Below are positions 27,583 to 37,157 of a DNA stretch of 64,000 nt, one piece after another. The stretch is from an uncultured Maribacter sp. (GTDB lineage Bacteria; Bacteroidota; Bacteroidia; Flavobacteriales; Flavobacteriaceae). Where the stretch lies: the NCBI RefSeq assembly GCF_947495965.1, contig NZ_CANMBB010000001.1, positions 521,728 through 585,727 of the forward strand. The letters run 5' to 3'. The position numbers were made by a program, and so were the translations under genes. The notes beneath the pieces are model-generated. The model ran no database searches, was not told the origin of the DNA, and saw only the letters and a list, made by a program, of their open reading frames with translations. How positions within the stretch are numbered: the first letter of the stretch is position 1; each line of letters starts with the position of its first letter.

Positions 27583-28872
27583 ATGACCAAAAAACCAACC
27601 ACAAGAAAAAGATTTAATATCCTTGCTATGATTTTTATAACTGTAGTAATAAACTATTTAGATCGCAGTAATATCTCTATAGCAGCATCAGCTCTTCAAG
27701 ATGATTTAGGTATAGACTCCATTAAAATGGGCTATGTCTTTTCTGCATTTGCATGGACCTATGCATTATTACAAATACCTGGAGGTGCAATTGCTGATAG
27801 AGTAAAATCTAGAGTACTATACACCTTTATAATGGTTTTCTGGTCTATTGCTACTTTAATTCAAGGTATGGTAAATTCTTTTACCGCATTAATTGGATTA
27901 AGAGCTAGTATTGGTTTTTTTGAAGCTCCTTCATACCCTATAAATAATTTAGTAGTTACACGTTGGTTCCCAGAAAACGAGAGAGCTACAGCAATAGGAA
28001 TTTACACTTCTGGGCAATTTTTAGGAATGGCTTTTTTATTACCAGTTTTAACTTTAATACAAGATGCATTTGGCTGGAGAGGGCTTTTTATAATCTCAGG
28101 AATTATAGGTCTTGTATGGGCTGCAATTTGGTATTTCTTTTATAGAGACCCAAAAGACCATAAATCTATTAGCCAATCAGAATTAGATTATATTCAAGAA
28201 GGTGGTGGCCTTATAGAAACAAAAAAACAGACAGAAGTTAAAGAAAAATTTAACTGGGAAGATATTAAAGAAGTATTTAGTTACCGTAAACTATGGGGAT
28301 TATACATAGGTCAATTTTGCTTAGGAGCAACTTTAATATTTTTTCTTACATGGTTCCCTACCTATTTAGTAAAGTATAGAGGATTAGATTTTTTAAAATC
28401 TGGTTTTTTAGCCTCAATACCTTACCTGGCAGCTTTTGTTGGAGTTTTACTCTCCGGATTTGTATCGGATTACCTTACCAAAAAAGGATACTCTGTAGAA
28501 ATCTCTAGAAAACTTCCAATAATTATTGGAATGCTACTTTCCATAGGTGTAATTGGAGCAAATTATACCGATGATACTTTCTTCATTATACTATTCTTAT
28601 CTATTTCCTTTTTTGGAAACGGATTAGCTAGTATAGCCTGGGTATTTATATCCTTAATAGCACCAACAAGGCTTATTGGTTTAACTGGTGGCGCATTTAA
28701 TTTTATTGGCGGTTTAGCTGGTATTGTTATACCTATTACAATAGGTTACCTTGTAAAAGACGGAGACTTTAGTCCTGCTTTATTCTTTATTGGCGGAATA
28801 GCATTATTAGGGTTTGTTTCCTACACTTTCATTGTTGGTAAAGTAGAACGTATTGTACCAAAAAACAAATAA
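27583..28872 (+). CDS. ACS-family MFS permease, DgoT-like, paralogue 2
   Basis: 429 aa, roughly 60% identical by eye to 20739-22028. Keeps GFFEAPSYP. Confidence 0.8.
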   Translation: MTKKPTTRKRFNILAMIFITVVINYLDRSNISIAASALQDDLGIDSIKMGYVFSAFAWTYALLQIPGGAIADRVKSRVLYTFIMVFWSIATLIQGMVNSFTALIGLRASIGFFEAPSYPINNLVVTRWFPENERATAIGIYTSGQFLGMAFLLPVLTLIQDAFGWRGLFIISGIIGLVWAAIWYFFYRDPKDHKSISQSELDYIQEGGGLIETKKQTEVKEKFNWEDIKEVFSYRKLWGLYIGQFCLGATLIFFLTWFPTYLVKYRGLDFLKSGFLASIPYLAAFVGVLLSGFVSDYLTKKGYSVEISRKLPIIIGMLLSIGVIGANYTDDTFFIILFLSISFFGNGLASIAWVFISLIAPTRLIGLTGGAFNFIGGLAGIVIPITIGYLVKDGDFSPALFFIGGIALLGFVSYTFIVGKVERIVPKNK

Positions 28873-28909
28873 AATATTAGTCTACTAATAATAATTTAGA
28901 ATATAACAC

Positions 28910-30067
28910 ATGAAAATCACTGATATAAAAACATATCCAATAAATGTTGGGAGTGGTAGCCAATTAGTAATTAAGGTAGAAACAAATAGTGGCATCTATG
29001 GTTGGGGAGCATCTGGCCTATCCGGAAGAGAATTTCCAGTAATTGGAGCAATAGAACACTACAAACCTTTACTTATTGGAAAAAATCCAATGCAAATTGG
29101 AGCTATATGGCAAGATTTATATAGAGGGCAGTATTTTGAAGGCGGAAGAGTTTTAACCGCAGCCATATCTGCAATAGATATAGCATTATATGATATAAAA
29201 GGAAAAGCTTTAGGTGTTCCTGTTTATGAACTCTTAGGTGGTAAACAACGTAATTTTGTAGAATGTTTTGCATCGGTACGTTTTTCTACCCTAGAAGAAC
29301 TTATTAGACTTTCTAAAGGGCTTGTTGCGGATGGATGGAATATGCTACGCCTAGCTCCTGCCGAATTTGAAGCACAAGAAAACCAAAGTGAATTTGAACC
29401 TAGAGAATCTATAGCAATAATTTCTGAATGGTTAATTGCATTAAGAAAAGAAGTAGGAACAAGAATAACTATTGGTATAGATTACCATACAAGACTAACT
29501 CAAGCAGAAACATACTCTTTTATACAAAGAATGCCTAAAGGGACTATAGATTTTATAGAAGAACCTATACGTGATGAAAATCCTGAAGCATATGAAAATC
29601 TTCGTAAAATGATAGATATTCCTTTTGCAATAGGAGAAGAGTTTTCAAGCAAATGGCAATTTATGCCTTTCATAGAAAAAAACATTACGCAATATGCAAG
29701 AATAGATGTTTGTAATGTTGGGGGTATTACCGAAGCTAAAAAGGTTGCTGCTATGGCAGAAACGCACTATATAGATTTAATGCCACACAACCCTTTAGGA
29801 CCAATATGTACCGCCGCTACGATACACTTAGCAGCATCATGTCCTAATTTTAGTTGGTTAGAAGAAGTAAATACTGGTGCTCATGTTATAACAAATGACC
29901 CAAAATTTTACCCTATGCAACATAAATTAGCAGGTCCAAGATATCCAGTTACGGACACTCCAGGCTTAGGAGTAGAATTTAACGAAGAGTATGCAAAAAC
30001 ATTAAAATTTAAACCTGTAGAAATTCCACGTCTTTATAGAAAAGATGGATCTCTCACTAATTGGTAA
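28910..30067 (+). CDS. Enolase-superfamily acid-sugar dehydratase of the DgoD/ManD branch (galactonate dehydratase-like; a DauB-like cycloisomerase role is possible)
   Basis: 385 aa. N-terminal MKITDIKTY...VETNSGIYGWG, then AIDIALYDIKGKALGVPVYELLGG. Metal-ligand contexts GIDYH, FIEEP, AIGEEF. C-terminal DGSLTNW resembles DgoD. Confidence 0.7.
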   Translation: MKITDIKTYPINVGSGSQLVIKVETNSGIYGWGASGLSGREFPVIGAIEHYKPLLIGKNPMQIGAIWQDLYRGQYFEGGRVLTAAISAIDIALYDIKGKALGVPVYELLGGKQRNFVECFASVRFSTLEELIRLSKGLVADGWNMLRLAPAEFEAQENQSEFEPRESIAIISEWLIALRKEVGTRITIGIDYHTRLTQAETYSFIQRMPKGTIDFIEEPIRDENPEAYENLRKMIDIPFAIGEEFSSKWQFMPFIEKNITQYARIDVCNVGGITEAKKVAAMAETHYIDLMPHNPLGPICTAATIHLAASCPNFSWLEEVNTGAHVITNDPKFYPMQHKLAGPRYPVTDTPGLGVEFNEEYAKTLKFKPVEIPRLYRKDGSLTNW

Positions 30068-30072
30068 ACACT

Positions 30073-31080
30073 ATGAGTTTTACAACTTTTGGAGAAATAA
30101 TGCTTAGGCTAACCCCTAACGATTACGCTGCTAAAATAAATAGCGCAAAAACTTTTGGAGTACATTTTGCTGGCTCAGAATCTAATGTAGCTAGCTCCTT
30201 AGCGTATTTAGGCAATAAAACACAGTTTGTTACTAAACTTCCAAACAATCAGCTAGGAGATGCAGCTGTTAACTCTTTAAGATTCTATGGTATAAGTACA
30301 AATAACATATTAAGAGGTGGCAATAGAATTGGAACTTATTTTATAGAAATTGGTTCCTCTATAAGACCATCTAGTGTAATATATGACAGAGAAAATTCTG
30401 CTATTGCTAGTATAAAAAACAATGAGTTTGACTGGGAAAAAGTTTTAGAAGGGCAAAAATATCTTTTTATTTCTGGAATTACACCTGCATTATCTAAATA
30501 TTGTGCTGATGAAGTAATTTCTTTAGCTAAAATTGCAAGAAAATTAAATGTTAAGGTTAGCTTTGATATGAATTACAGAAGAACTCTTTGGAGTGATGTA
30601 TCAAATGCTCGAAAAATATTTGATGCTATTTTAGAAAACACAGACATTCTGTTTGGAAATATGGGCGTATTAAATGATGTTTATGGTATGACAGGTGATG
30701 GCGCTAATAGCATAGACAAAACAGTTGATATTATTGCTAAAGCGAAGAAAGAATTCAGTCTAAAAGAACTAGCTTTTACGGTCCGTGATCATTATTCTGC
30801 TAATGAAAATGCATTATCTGGTATTTATCTAGGTGCTAATGACCCAATTGTCTCTGACACCTATAAAGTACAGATCCTAGATCGTTTTGGCACAGGAGAT
30901 GCTTTTGCTGCAGGATGTTTACACGGATTAAATAAAGATTGGAACAAAGAAAAGGTAATTGGTTTTGCAACCGCCGCTTTTGCTTTAAAACATACTATAA
31001 AAGGAGACCAACATACAAGTAACGAAGAAGAAATTAACTCCATAAGAAATGGAAATATAACTGGACACGTATTACGATGA
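30073..31080 (+). CDS. kdgK: PfkB-family 2-dehydro-3-deoxygluconokinase (KDG/KDGal kinase)
   Basis: Start taken at ATG 30073 (MSFTTFGEIMLRL); the ORF-track start at 30061 overlaps the previous gene. Contains the PfkB motif DRFGTGDAFAAG. Confidence 0.8.
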   Translation: MSFTTFGEIMLRLTPNDYAAKINSAKTFGVHFAGSESNVASSLAYLGNKTQFVTKLPNNQLGDAAVNSLRFYGISTNNILRGGNRIGTYFIEIGSSIRPSSVIYDRENSAIASIKNNEFDWEKVLEGQKYLFISGITPALSKYCADEVISLAKIARKLNVKVSFDMNYRRTLWSDVSNARKIFDAILENTDILFGNMGVLNDVYGMTGDGANSIDKTVDIIAKAKKEFSLKELAFTVRDHYSANENALSGIYLGANDPIVSDTYKVQILDRFGTGDAFAAGCLHGLNKDWNKEKVIGFATAAFALKHTIKGDQHTSNEEEINSIRNGNITGHVLR

Positions 31081-31709
31081 AAAGAGAAGAGATTTTAGAA
31101 ATAATTAAAGATAGCAAGATAGTTGTTGTTATAAGAATGAAAGAACAACAGCAAGTTGCAAAAGTTATTGATGCTTTGGTTGCGGGAGGAATTAAAGCAC
31201 TAGAGGTAACTTCTAATACCCCTGGTTACTTAGAAGAAATTTCTAAAGCTAGAGCCAAATACCCTAATACTCTTATTGGCGCTGGTACAGTTACTAATGC
31301 AAGTAAAGCTAAAGACTCTGTAAATGCCGGTGCGCAATTTTTAGTTACACCAAATACAAACATTGAAACTATTAAGGTTGCTCATGAAAACAACATCCCA
31401 GTTTTAATGGGAGCTATTACCCCATCAGAAATTAGCATGGCTGCTGAAGCTGGTGCGGATATTGTTAAAATTTTCCCTGCTGGGGCCATGGGAATTAACT
31501 ATTTTAAAGCAGTAAAAGCCCCTTTAAGTGATATTCCATTATTTGCTGTAGGTGGTATTGATGAAAATAGTGCGGCAGATTGGATTGCTGCCGGTGCTGA
31601 AGGACTTGGCATTGGTGGCGGATTAACAAAAGTTGTTAATTCCGAATCTGATTTTAATGATATTGTAACTTTATCAAAAAAATACTTATCTATTCTTAAT
31701 GAAAAATAG
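31077..31709 (+). CDS. eda: KDPG/KHG (KDPGal) aldolase
   Basis: 210 aa with an ATGA start/stop overlap with kdgK. Motifs ALEVTSNTP, GAGTV, FLVTPN, VKIFPA (Schiff-base Lys context), AVGGI. Confidence 0.85.
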   Translation: MKREEILEIIKDSKIVVVIRMKEQQQVAKVIDALVAGGIKALEVTSNTPGYLEEISKARAKYPNTLIGAGTVTNASKAKDSVNAGAQFLVTPNTNIETIKVAHENNIPVLMGAITPSEISMAAEAGADIVKIFPAGAMGINYFKAVKAPLSDIPLFAVGGIDENSAADWIAAGAEGLGIGGGLTKVVNSESDFNDIVTLSKKYLSILNEK

Positions 31710-31740
31710 TACGATTTTTTAAAAAACTATCAAACAAAAA

Positions 31741-31777
31741 AGAGCCTGTGATTGTATATATCACAGGCTCTTTTTTT
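31741..31777. terminator. Bidirectional rho-independent terminator between convergent genes
   Basis: A-run, AGAGCCTGTGAT (31741-31752), loop TGTATAT, ATCACAGGCTCT (31760-31771), T-run. Confidence 0.85.
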
Positions 31778-31792
31778 ATTAACCTTCCTTTA

Positions 31793-33364
31793 TTACTTAA
31801 GGATTATCTTTTGCGTTTTTTTATAATCATTTCCTCTAATACCTATAAAAACATCCATCATTTCTTTTAACTTCTCAGGATTTTCTTCAGCAACATTTTT
31901 TTGTTGGCCTAAATCGTCCTTTAAATTATAAAGCATTGGTACATCAGAGTTTCCTGGCTCAATATTTACTTGATCCATAACAGCCACACCACTATATGCA
32001 GGTATCATAGCCCAATCTCCTTGTCTTAATGCTGTTCTAGAACCAGCTTCAAGAACTAGGTTATCCCTTCCCTTTTTACTTTTTCCAAGAAATGCATCTA
32101 AAAGGTTTTCACTGTCTTTTACTTTAACATCGCTACCAACTAAAGTAGCCAAAGATGAAAGTAAATCTAGTTGACAAACTAAAGCATCTGAAACACCTGG
32201 AGATATAGTCCCTTTCCAATAGGTAAAGAAAGGAACACGTGTACCCGCTTCAAACAAGCTATACTTTCCTCCTCTAAGACCGCCTGCTGGAGTATGGTCT
32301 CCTAATTTCTCTACCGCTTCATCATAATACCCATCGTTTAATACAGGGCCATTATCACTAGAAAAAACTATTATTGTATTCTCTAATACACCTTCTTCTT
32401 CTAAAGTCTTTACAAACTCTCCTACACACCAATCTGCCTCCATAATAACATCTCCACGAGCTCCTAAACCAGACTTACCTACAAATCTTGGATGCGGTGT
32501 ACGTGGCACATGTGGTTGTTGCATGGCATAGTATAAAAAGAAAGGTTCGTTTTTATGTTTTTTAACATAGTCTTGCGCACCTTTTAAAAAGTGATCTGCC
32601 ATATCTTCATCTACCCATTTAGCAGACTCTCCACCTTTCATATACCCAATTCTTGGAATTCCGTTTACAATACTATTATTATGACCATGATGCCATTTTA
32701 ATTTTAATAACTCTGGGTTATCTACACCTGTTGGCTGTCCTTCAAAATTTTCTTTATAATTAATTTCAATAGGATCATTAGGATCTAAATTAACAACATC
32801 ACCGTTTTCTATATATACAGTTGGCACTCTATCTTGCGTTGCTGCCATAATATAAGAATAGTCAAAACCAACTTCATTAGGACTTGGTTTAACTTTCTCA
32901 TTCCAGTTTACATGTCCGCTTCCTAATCCTAAATGCCATTTACCTACAACACCGGTGTAATATCCCTCTTGATTAAGCATTTTTGGGACTGTCATTTGCT
33001 CTTCACTAATAAGCAGCGGAGCCGTTCCTGGCAATATCTTAGCATTTTTATTTCTCCATGGGTAAGAACCTGTTAATAAAGCATATCTACTAGGAGTACA
33101 AGTAGCTGATGACGCATAACCGTTTGTAAAACGTAAGCCGTTATTCGCTAATTTATCCATATTTGGAGTTTTCAAAACTGTAGAACCATTGAATCCTACA
33201 TCTCCATATCCTAAATCATCCATATAAATAAAAACGATATTAGGCTTTTTCTGAGTCTCTTCTTCTATTGCAGTTTCTGCTTTCTTTTCTTTACAACTAG
33301 AAAAAAATGCAAAACAAACTGTTAGAAAAAGTAAAAAGCTACTCTTTTTAATTTTGTTTGTCAT
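31793..33364 (-). CDS. S1-family sulfatase, lipoprotein
   Basis: 523 aa with a lipobox (FFSSC). Motifs NIVFIYMDDLGYGD, CTPSRYALLTG, GKWHLG. Confidence 0.85.
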   Translation of the reverse strand: MTNKIKKSSFLLFLTVCFAFFSSCKEKKAETAIEEETQKKPNIVFIYMDDLGYGDVGFNGSTVLKTPNMDKLANNGLRFTNGYASSATCTPSRYALLTGSYPWRNKNAKILPGTAPLLISEEQMTVPKMLNQEGYYTGVVGKWHLGLGSGHVNWNEKVKPSPNEVGFDYSYIMAATQDRVPTVYIENGDVVNLDPNDPIEINYKENFEGQPTGVDNPELLKLKWHHGHNNSIVNGIPRIGYMKGGESAKWVDEDMADHFLKGAQDYVKKHKNEPFFLYYAMQQPHVPRTPHPRFVGKSGLGARGDVIMEADWCVGEFVKTLEEEGVLENTIIVFSSDNGPVLNDGYYDEAVEKLGDHTPAGGLRGGKYSLFEAGTRVPFFTYWKGTISPGVSDALVCQLDLLSSLATLVGSDVKVKDSENLLDAFLGKSKKGRDNLVLEAGSRTALRQGDWAMIPAYSGVAVMDQVNIEPGNSDVPMLYNLKDDLGQQKNVAEENPEKLKEMMDVFIGIRGNDYKKTQKIILK

Positions 33365-33432
33365 AATATTATTTATTGAGTTATTGAATTAAGTTAGCGA
33401 AATATAAGAATTTATACCTTTATAAAGCGTAA

Positions 33433-33469
33433 AAATTACAATTAATAAACTTCTTATAAATTGTAATTT
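33433..33469 (-). terminator. Weak AT-only hairpin plus short T-run after the Gfo/Idh/MocA gene
   Basis: AAATTACAATT (33433-33443) and AATTGTAATTT (33459-33469). On the minus strand it is followed by TT-ACGC. Confidence 0.3.
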
Positions 33470-33475
33470 ATGGAC

Positions 33476-34501
33476 TTAAATAGAAACTTCTTTTCCTAAT
33501 TTACTAGACTCATATATTTTATCTTGTACTATTATGTTTTGTAAATACAAAGAAACATCCGTCTCAAAAGGTTTCGTAGAACTAAGCTGGTCTATAAAAT
33601 GTTTTTGGGTATTAAAAACACAATCTCCAGCAAAATTTTTATGCTCAAATTTATATAGGTGTTCTTTCTCCTTTTTTCCTAGTAATTGAATAGTTATTTT
33701 ACCATCTTCATATAATCTAATACTACCTTTAGTACCTTCTATTACTACTTTACCAAAAGTAAATCTAGGATTGTCTGATGTACTTTCATTATACCTATTC
33801 GCATCTAAAAAGCCAACCGCCCCATTATCAAAATCAAAATTTACCCAAGCAAAATCTTCTCCTTTTATATTAATATTTAAGGTTTTTAATTTTGCATAAA
33901 CTTTTGTAATTTCTCCTCCTAAATAACGAAAAACATCTATAAAATGGATACCTGTTTCATAGATTAATAGCTTTTTCATTTCTCTAAAATAGGGTTGTCT
34001 ATTCCTATAGGCATCATGTTGCCAACCATCTCCCATACGCATACATAAATTAATAGTGTGCAACTTCTTCCCAATAGTATTTTGTACTAATAATTTTTTA
34101 ATCTCTCTGTGCCATGGTTGAAAACGAAAATTCTCATGCACCATCATTCTTACATTAGATTCTTCTATTATTTTAGCGAGTTGTAAAGACTCCTTATAGG
34201 TTGGAGCAAGTGGTTTTTGGCAGATGATATGAATATTATTGGCTACTGCAATTTTACATATATCTAAGTGTGTATTTGGCGGTGTAATAACATCTACAAA
34301 ATCTGGGCTTTCTTGCTTAAGCATTTCTTCAAAATTATCATACGCTTTTGCAAAACCATAGGTATTACATATTGTTTGAGCTTTTTCTTTAGAAATATCG
34401 CAAACCGCAATTATTTCTACGTTTTCTAAGCGCGCCCATGCCTCATAATGAAATTGGCTAAAATACCCTGCACCAATACAAACTCCTTTATAAATTTTCA
34501 T
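33476..34501 (-). CDS. Gfo/Idh/MocA-family NAD(P) oxidoreductase, cytoplasmic
   Basis: 341 aa. Rossmann N-terminus VCIGAGYFSQFHYEAW...IIAVCD and the EKP-like motif CQKPLA. Confidence 0.75.
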   Translation of the reverse strand: MKIYKGVCIGAGYFSQFHYEAWARLENVEIIAVCDISKEKAQTICNTYGFAKAYDNFEEMLKQESPDFVDVITPPNTHLDICKIAVANNIHIICQKPLAPTYKESLQLAKIIEESNVRMMVHENFRFQPWHREIKKLLVQNTIGKKLHTINLCMRMGDGWQHDAYRNRQPYFREMKKLLIYETGIHFIDVFRYLGGEITKVYAKLKTLNINIKGEDFAWVNFDFDNGAVGFLDANRYNESTSDNPRFTFGKVVIEGTKGSIRLYEDGKITIQLLGKKEKEHLYKFEHKNFAGDCVFNTQKHFIDQLSSTKPFETDVSLYLQNIIVQDKIYESSKLGKEVSI

Positions 34502-34503
34502 TC

Positions 34504-35772
34504 TTAATATTGTGAAAAGTGTTTATGTGGTTTCATATTAAACCATAACAAAACTGCTATAATATTTAAAATTGCTCCTACAATAAAAAACAACGTTGTA
34601 CTACCTGTCCAAGATAATAAATATGGGAACAATAAAGCAGTTATAAAGGCTCCAATATTACCAGCCATATTCATTGTACCAGAAACTGTTCCCGCATGTT
34701 TTTTGCCAATATCTACACAAAATGCCCAAGATGGTGGTAAAGTCATATCTGCTCCAAAAATAGCAATGCTTAAAAACACTATAGCTCCAACAGCAGAGCT
34801 CATGTAAACACTACCAAGTAAACCTATTGCAGCTAATGTAAAACCTAAAGAAGCTGGAAATATTCTAGAGGTATCCCATTTTCCTTTTTTAAATATTTTA
34901 TCTATTAGCCAACCAGAAAACCAATTGCCAAAAGCGCCAAAAATTAAAGGAATTGCAGTGTACATACCTGCCTCCACAGTATCTAGGTTATATTCGCTTT
35001 TAATATGAGGAAACAACCAAGTAAGTGCAAAGAAAAAAGTGAAATTACTACAAAAATATTGCCCCATTGCAAGCCACATATTTTTAGATTTCATTAATGT
35101 TCCAAAATGTATTTTTTTGGTAGTAGCATTCGTGTTTTTTTCTTGTCTTTGCGATATTATAAAGTCTTTTTCTTCCTCACTAATATTTTTTAACTCTTCT
35201 GGTGTATCTCTAAAAAAAATATACCAACAAGCTGCCCAAACGCCACCTAACACTCCTAATATTATAAAAGTGTTACGCCAACCAAAATCTGTTATTGCCC
35301 AAGCAACAACGGGTACAGCAAAAGCTGCCCCCAAACGAGAGCCAGAAAAATTAATTCCTGTAACTATTCCTCTTTCTTTTAAAGGAATCCAACTATAAAT
35401 TGCTCTAGACATACCAGGGAAAGCACCAGCTTCTCCTGCACCAAATAAAAATCTAATTATTAATAATGAAATAAAACTCCAAGCAGCTCCTGTAATTGCC
35501 GTAAAAGAAGACCATAAAACAACTATAATAGTCAATATTTTTCTTGGACCAAAACGATCTACCATTATCCCAGAAGGCGTTTGAAAAAAAGCATACCCAA
35601 GTGAAAAAGAAGCTAAAACCCATCCCATTTGTTTATCGCTTAAACTAAGAGCCTCTGCAATAGGTTCTTTAGCTACAGAAATACAAATACGGTCTACATA
35701 TAATAATAAGGCTAAAAGAAAAGTGCCTACTACCATAAAATACCGCTTGGGGAAAAAGCTGTTTTTTTTCAT
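34504..35772 (-). CDS. ACS-family MFS permease (glucarate/tartrate TtuB-like anion:cation symporter)
   Basis: 422 aa with 12 TM segments. Motifs YVDRICISVA, GYAFFQTPSG, FGAGEAGAFPG. Confidence 0.75.
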   Translation of the reverse strand: MKKNSFFPKRYFMVVGTFLLALLLYVDRICISVAKEPIAEALSLSDKQMGWVLASFSLGYAFFQTPSGIMVDRFGPRKILTIIVVLWSSFTAITGAAWSFISLLIIRFLFGAGEAGAFPGMSRAIYSWIPLKERGIVTGINFSGSRLGAAFAVPVVAWAITDFGWRNTFIILGVLGGVWAACWYIFFRDTPEELKNISEEEKDFIISQRQEKNTNATTKKIHFGTLMKSKNMWLAMGQYFCSNFTFFFALTWLFPHIKSEYNLDTVEAGMYTAIPLIFGAFGNWFSGWLIDKIFKKGKWDTSRIFPASLGFTLAAIGLLGSVYMSSAVGAIVFLSIAIFGADMTLPPSWAFCVDIGKKHAGTVSGTMNMAGNIGAFITALLFPYLLSWTGSTTLFFIVGAILNIIAVLLWFNMKPHKHFSQY

Positions 35773-37154
35773 TTTAAAAGTTTTAATAATTCATATAATG
35801 CTGTTTCATCTCCTACATTTCCTGGAAAAATAATATATGGCATTTTAGGAAATTTACTCTCCTCCCCTAATTGCCAAATAGGAACGCCTTTTATTGCTTG
35901 CCCCATTACAAGAGCTCTTTTAACTTTCAATGCTTTTGTAGCAACATCACTAGAGGTAATTCCTCCTTTTGCAATTATATATTTAGGAGTACATGACAAA
36001 TTTTTAACTATACGAATAAGCCCATTAGATACTAAGTTTACAATCTCTAGACTTTTAGACTCTGACTCCCCTTTAATAATAGTTCTGCTAGTAAAAAGAA
36101 CAACGTCTTCTCCTTTTTCTAAATTACGATTTACTCTAGAAATTAATTCTTCTATTTCCTTACTAAAAACAGCAGTATTTAATACATTGGTAACATCTAA
36201 CTCTAAAAAAATTGCATTTGTATTTTCTTTTAAATAATTTAATTGCAATGTCGTTTTTGGAACATAAGACCCTATTACTAACAAAGAACCTGAGGTAGAA
36301 TTTTCTCCAAATATTTCTTTTTTAGTTAAACAATCTTTTGGAAGTATCCCAGTAATAGCATTCACAAAAGATGCAGCTGTTCTATATAGTATAGTTTCTT
36401 TACTTTGTAAACATGCCAAGGCTAGTTTCTCTAAATCTGCATAAGATGTTGCATTGGCAACTATATGTGATATTGCTGGACTTATAAGAACACTTTGTAA
36501 ATTTTCCTCTGAATTTTCTCTTAATTCTTTAATAGATAAACTCCCAATATTTTTAGGATCTACTTTAGCATTTGTTTTTTCTATTATCCAATCTATAAGA
36601 TTAGAAGATAAATAGCCAAAAGTATTATCCTTTGCAAATGGTGTTTTTGCAGCTGGAATAAACTCCTTACCTTCTTTTACGTAATGAATATTTTTATAGG
36701 TATACCTACCTCCCTCAAAAAAAGCAGGCGCTAATACATGCTTAGCTTTTGGTATTTGTAACCCTTCTGCAAGAGCATTAACTTCATTAGGATAATGCCC
36801 CCTTAAAGTAGAATCTCCCCTACTAATTAAAACTAATTCTTTTTTATGTTTTTTAGATAACTTATTAAGTCTAGAACCAATTAATGCAGCTAATAGATTT
36901 GCATCTTGTATTTGCAAACTTCTAGAATTAGTTAAAATAAAAAAAACAGGGCTATTAAGTATTTCTTTTTCAAGAACCTTATCTGTCCATTCTGTAATTA
37001 CTGGTACATTATATACTGTTTGGGTTCCAGTAGGATCATCATCTAAAACAACAATAGTTTTAGGGCTTTTTTTTAGTTCTTTACGTATCGCCTCTACAGA
37101 GCCTTGTAACAGTTCTCCCTCTTCAATAGATTTTAAAATTTCTTCTTTTAGCAT
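35769..37154 (-). CDS. Four-carbon acid-sugar kinase family protein (DUF1537; OtnK/DtnK/DenK family)
   Basis: 461 aa. N-terminal VVLDDDPTGTQTV, then NSRSL, GDSTLRGH, and C-terminal IAKGGITSSDVA...IFPGNVGD. Confidence 0.75.
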   Translation of the reverse strand: MLKEEILKSIEEGELLQGSVEAIRKELKKSPKTIVVLDDDPTGTQTVYNVPVITEWTDKVLEKEILNSPVFFILTNSRSLQIQDANLLAALIGSRLNKLSKKHKKELVLISRGDSTLRGHYPNEVNALAEGLQIPKAKHVLAPAFFEGGRYTYKNIHYVKEGKEFIPAAKTPFAKDNTFGYLSSNLIDWIIEKTNAKVDPKNIGSLSIKELRENSEENLQSVLISPAISHIVANATSYADLEKLALACLQSKETILYRTAASFVNAITGILPKDCLTKKEIFGENSTSGSLLVIGSYVPKTTLQLNYLKENTNAIFLELDVTNVLNTAVFSKEIEELISRVNRNLEKGEDVVLFTSRTIIKGESESKSLEIVNLVSNGLIRIVKNLSCTPKYIIAKGGITSSDVATKALKVKRALVMGQAIKGVPIWQLGEESKFPKMPYIIFPGNVGDETALYELLKLLK

Positions 37155-37157
37155 TAT

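Noticed and set aside
28910-30067. A confident call of D-galactonate dehydratase (dgoD).
   Set aside because: Enolase-superfamily specificity cannot be read from motifs alone. DgoD, ManD and DauB-like cycloisomerase activities are all compatible, so I kept the call at family level.
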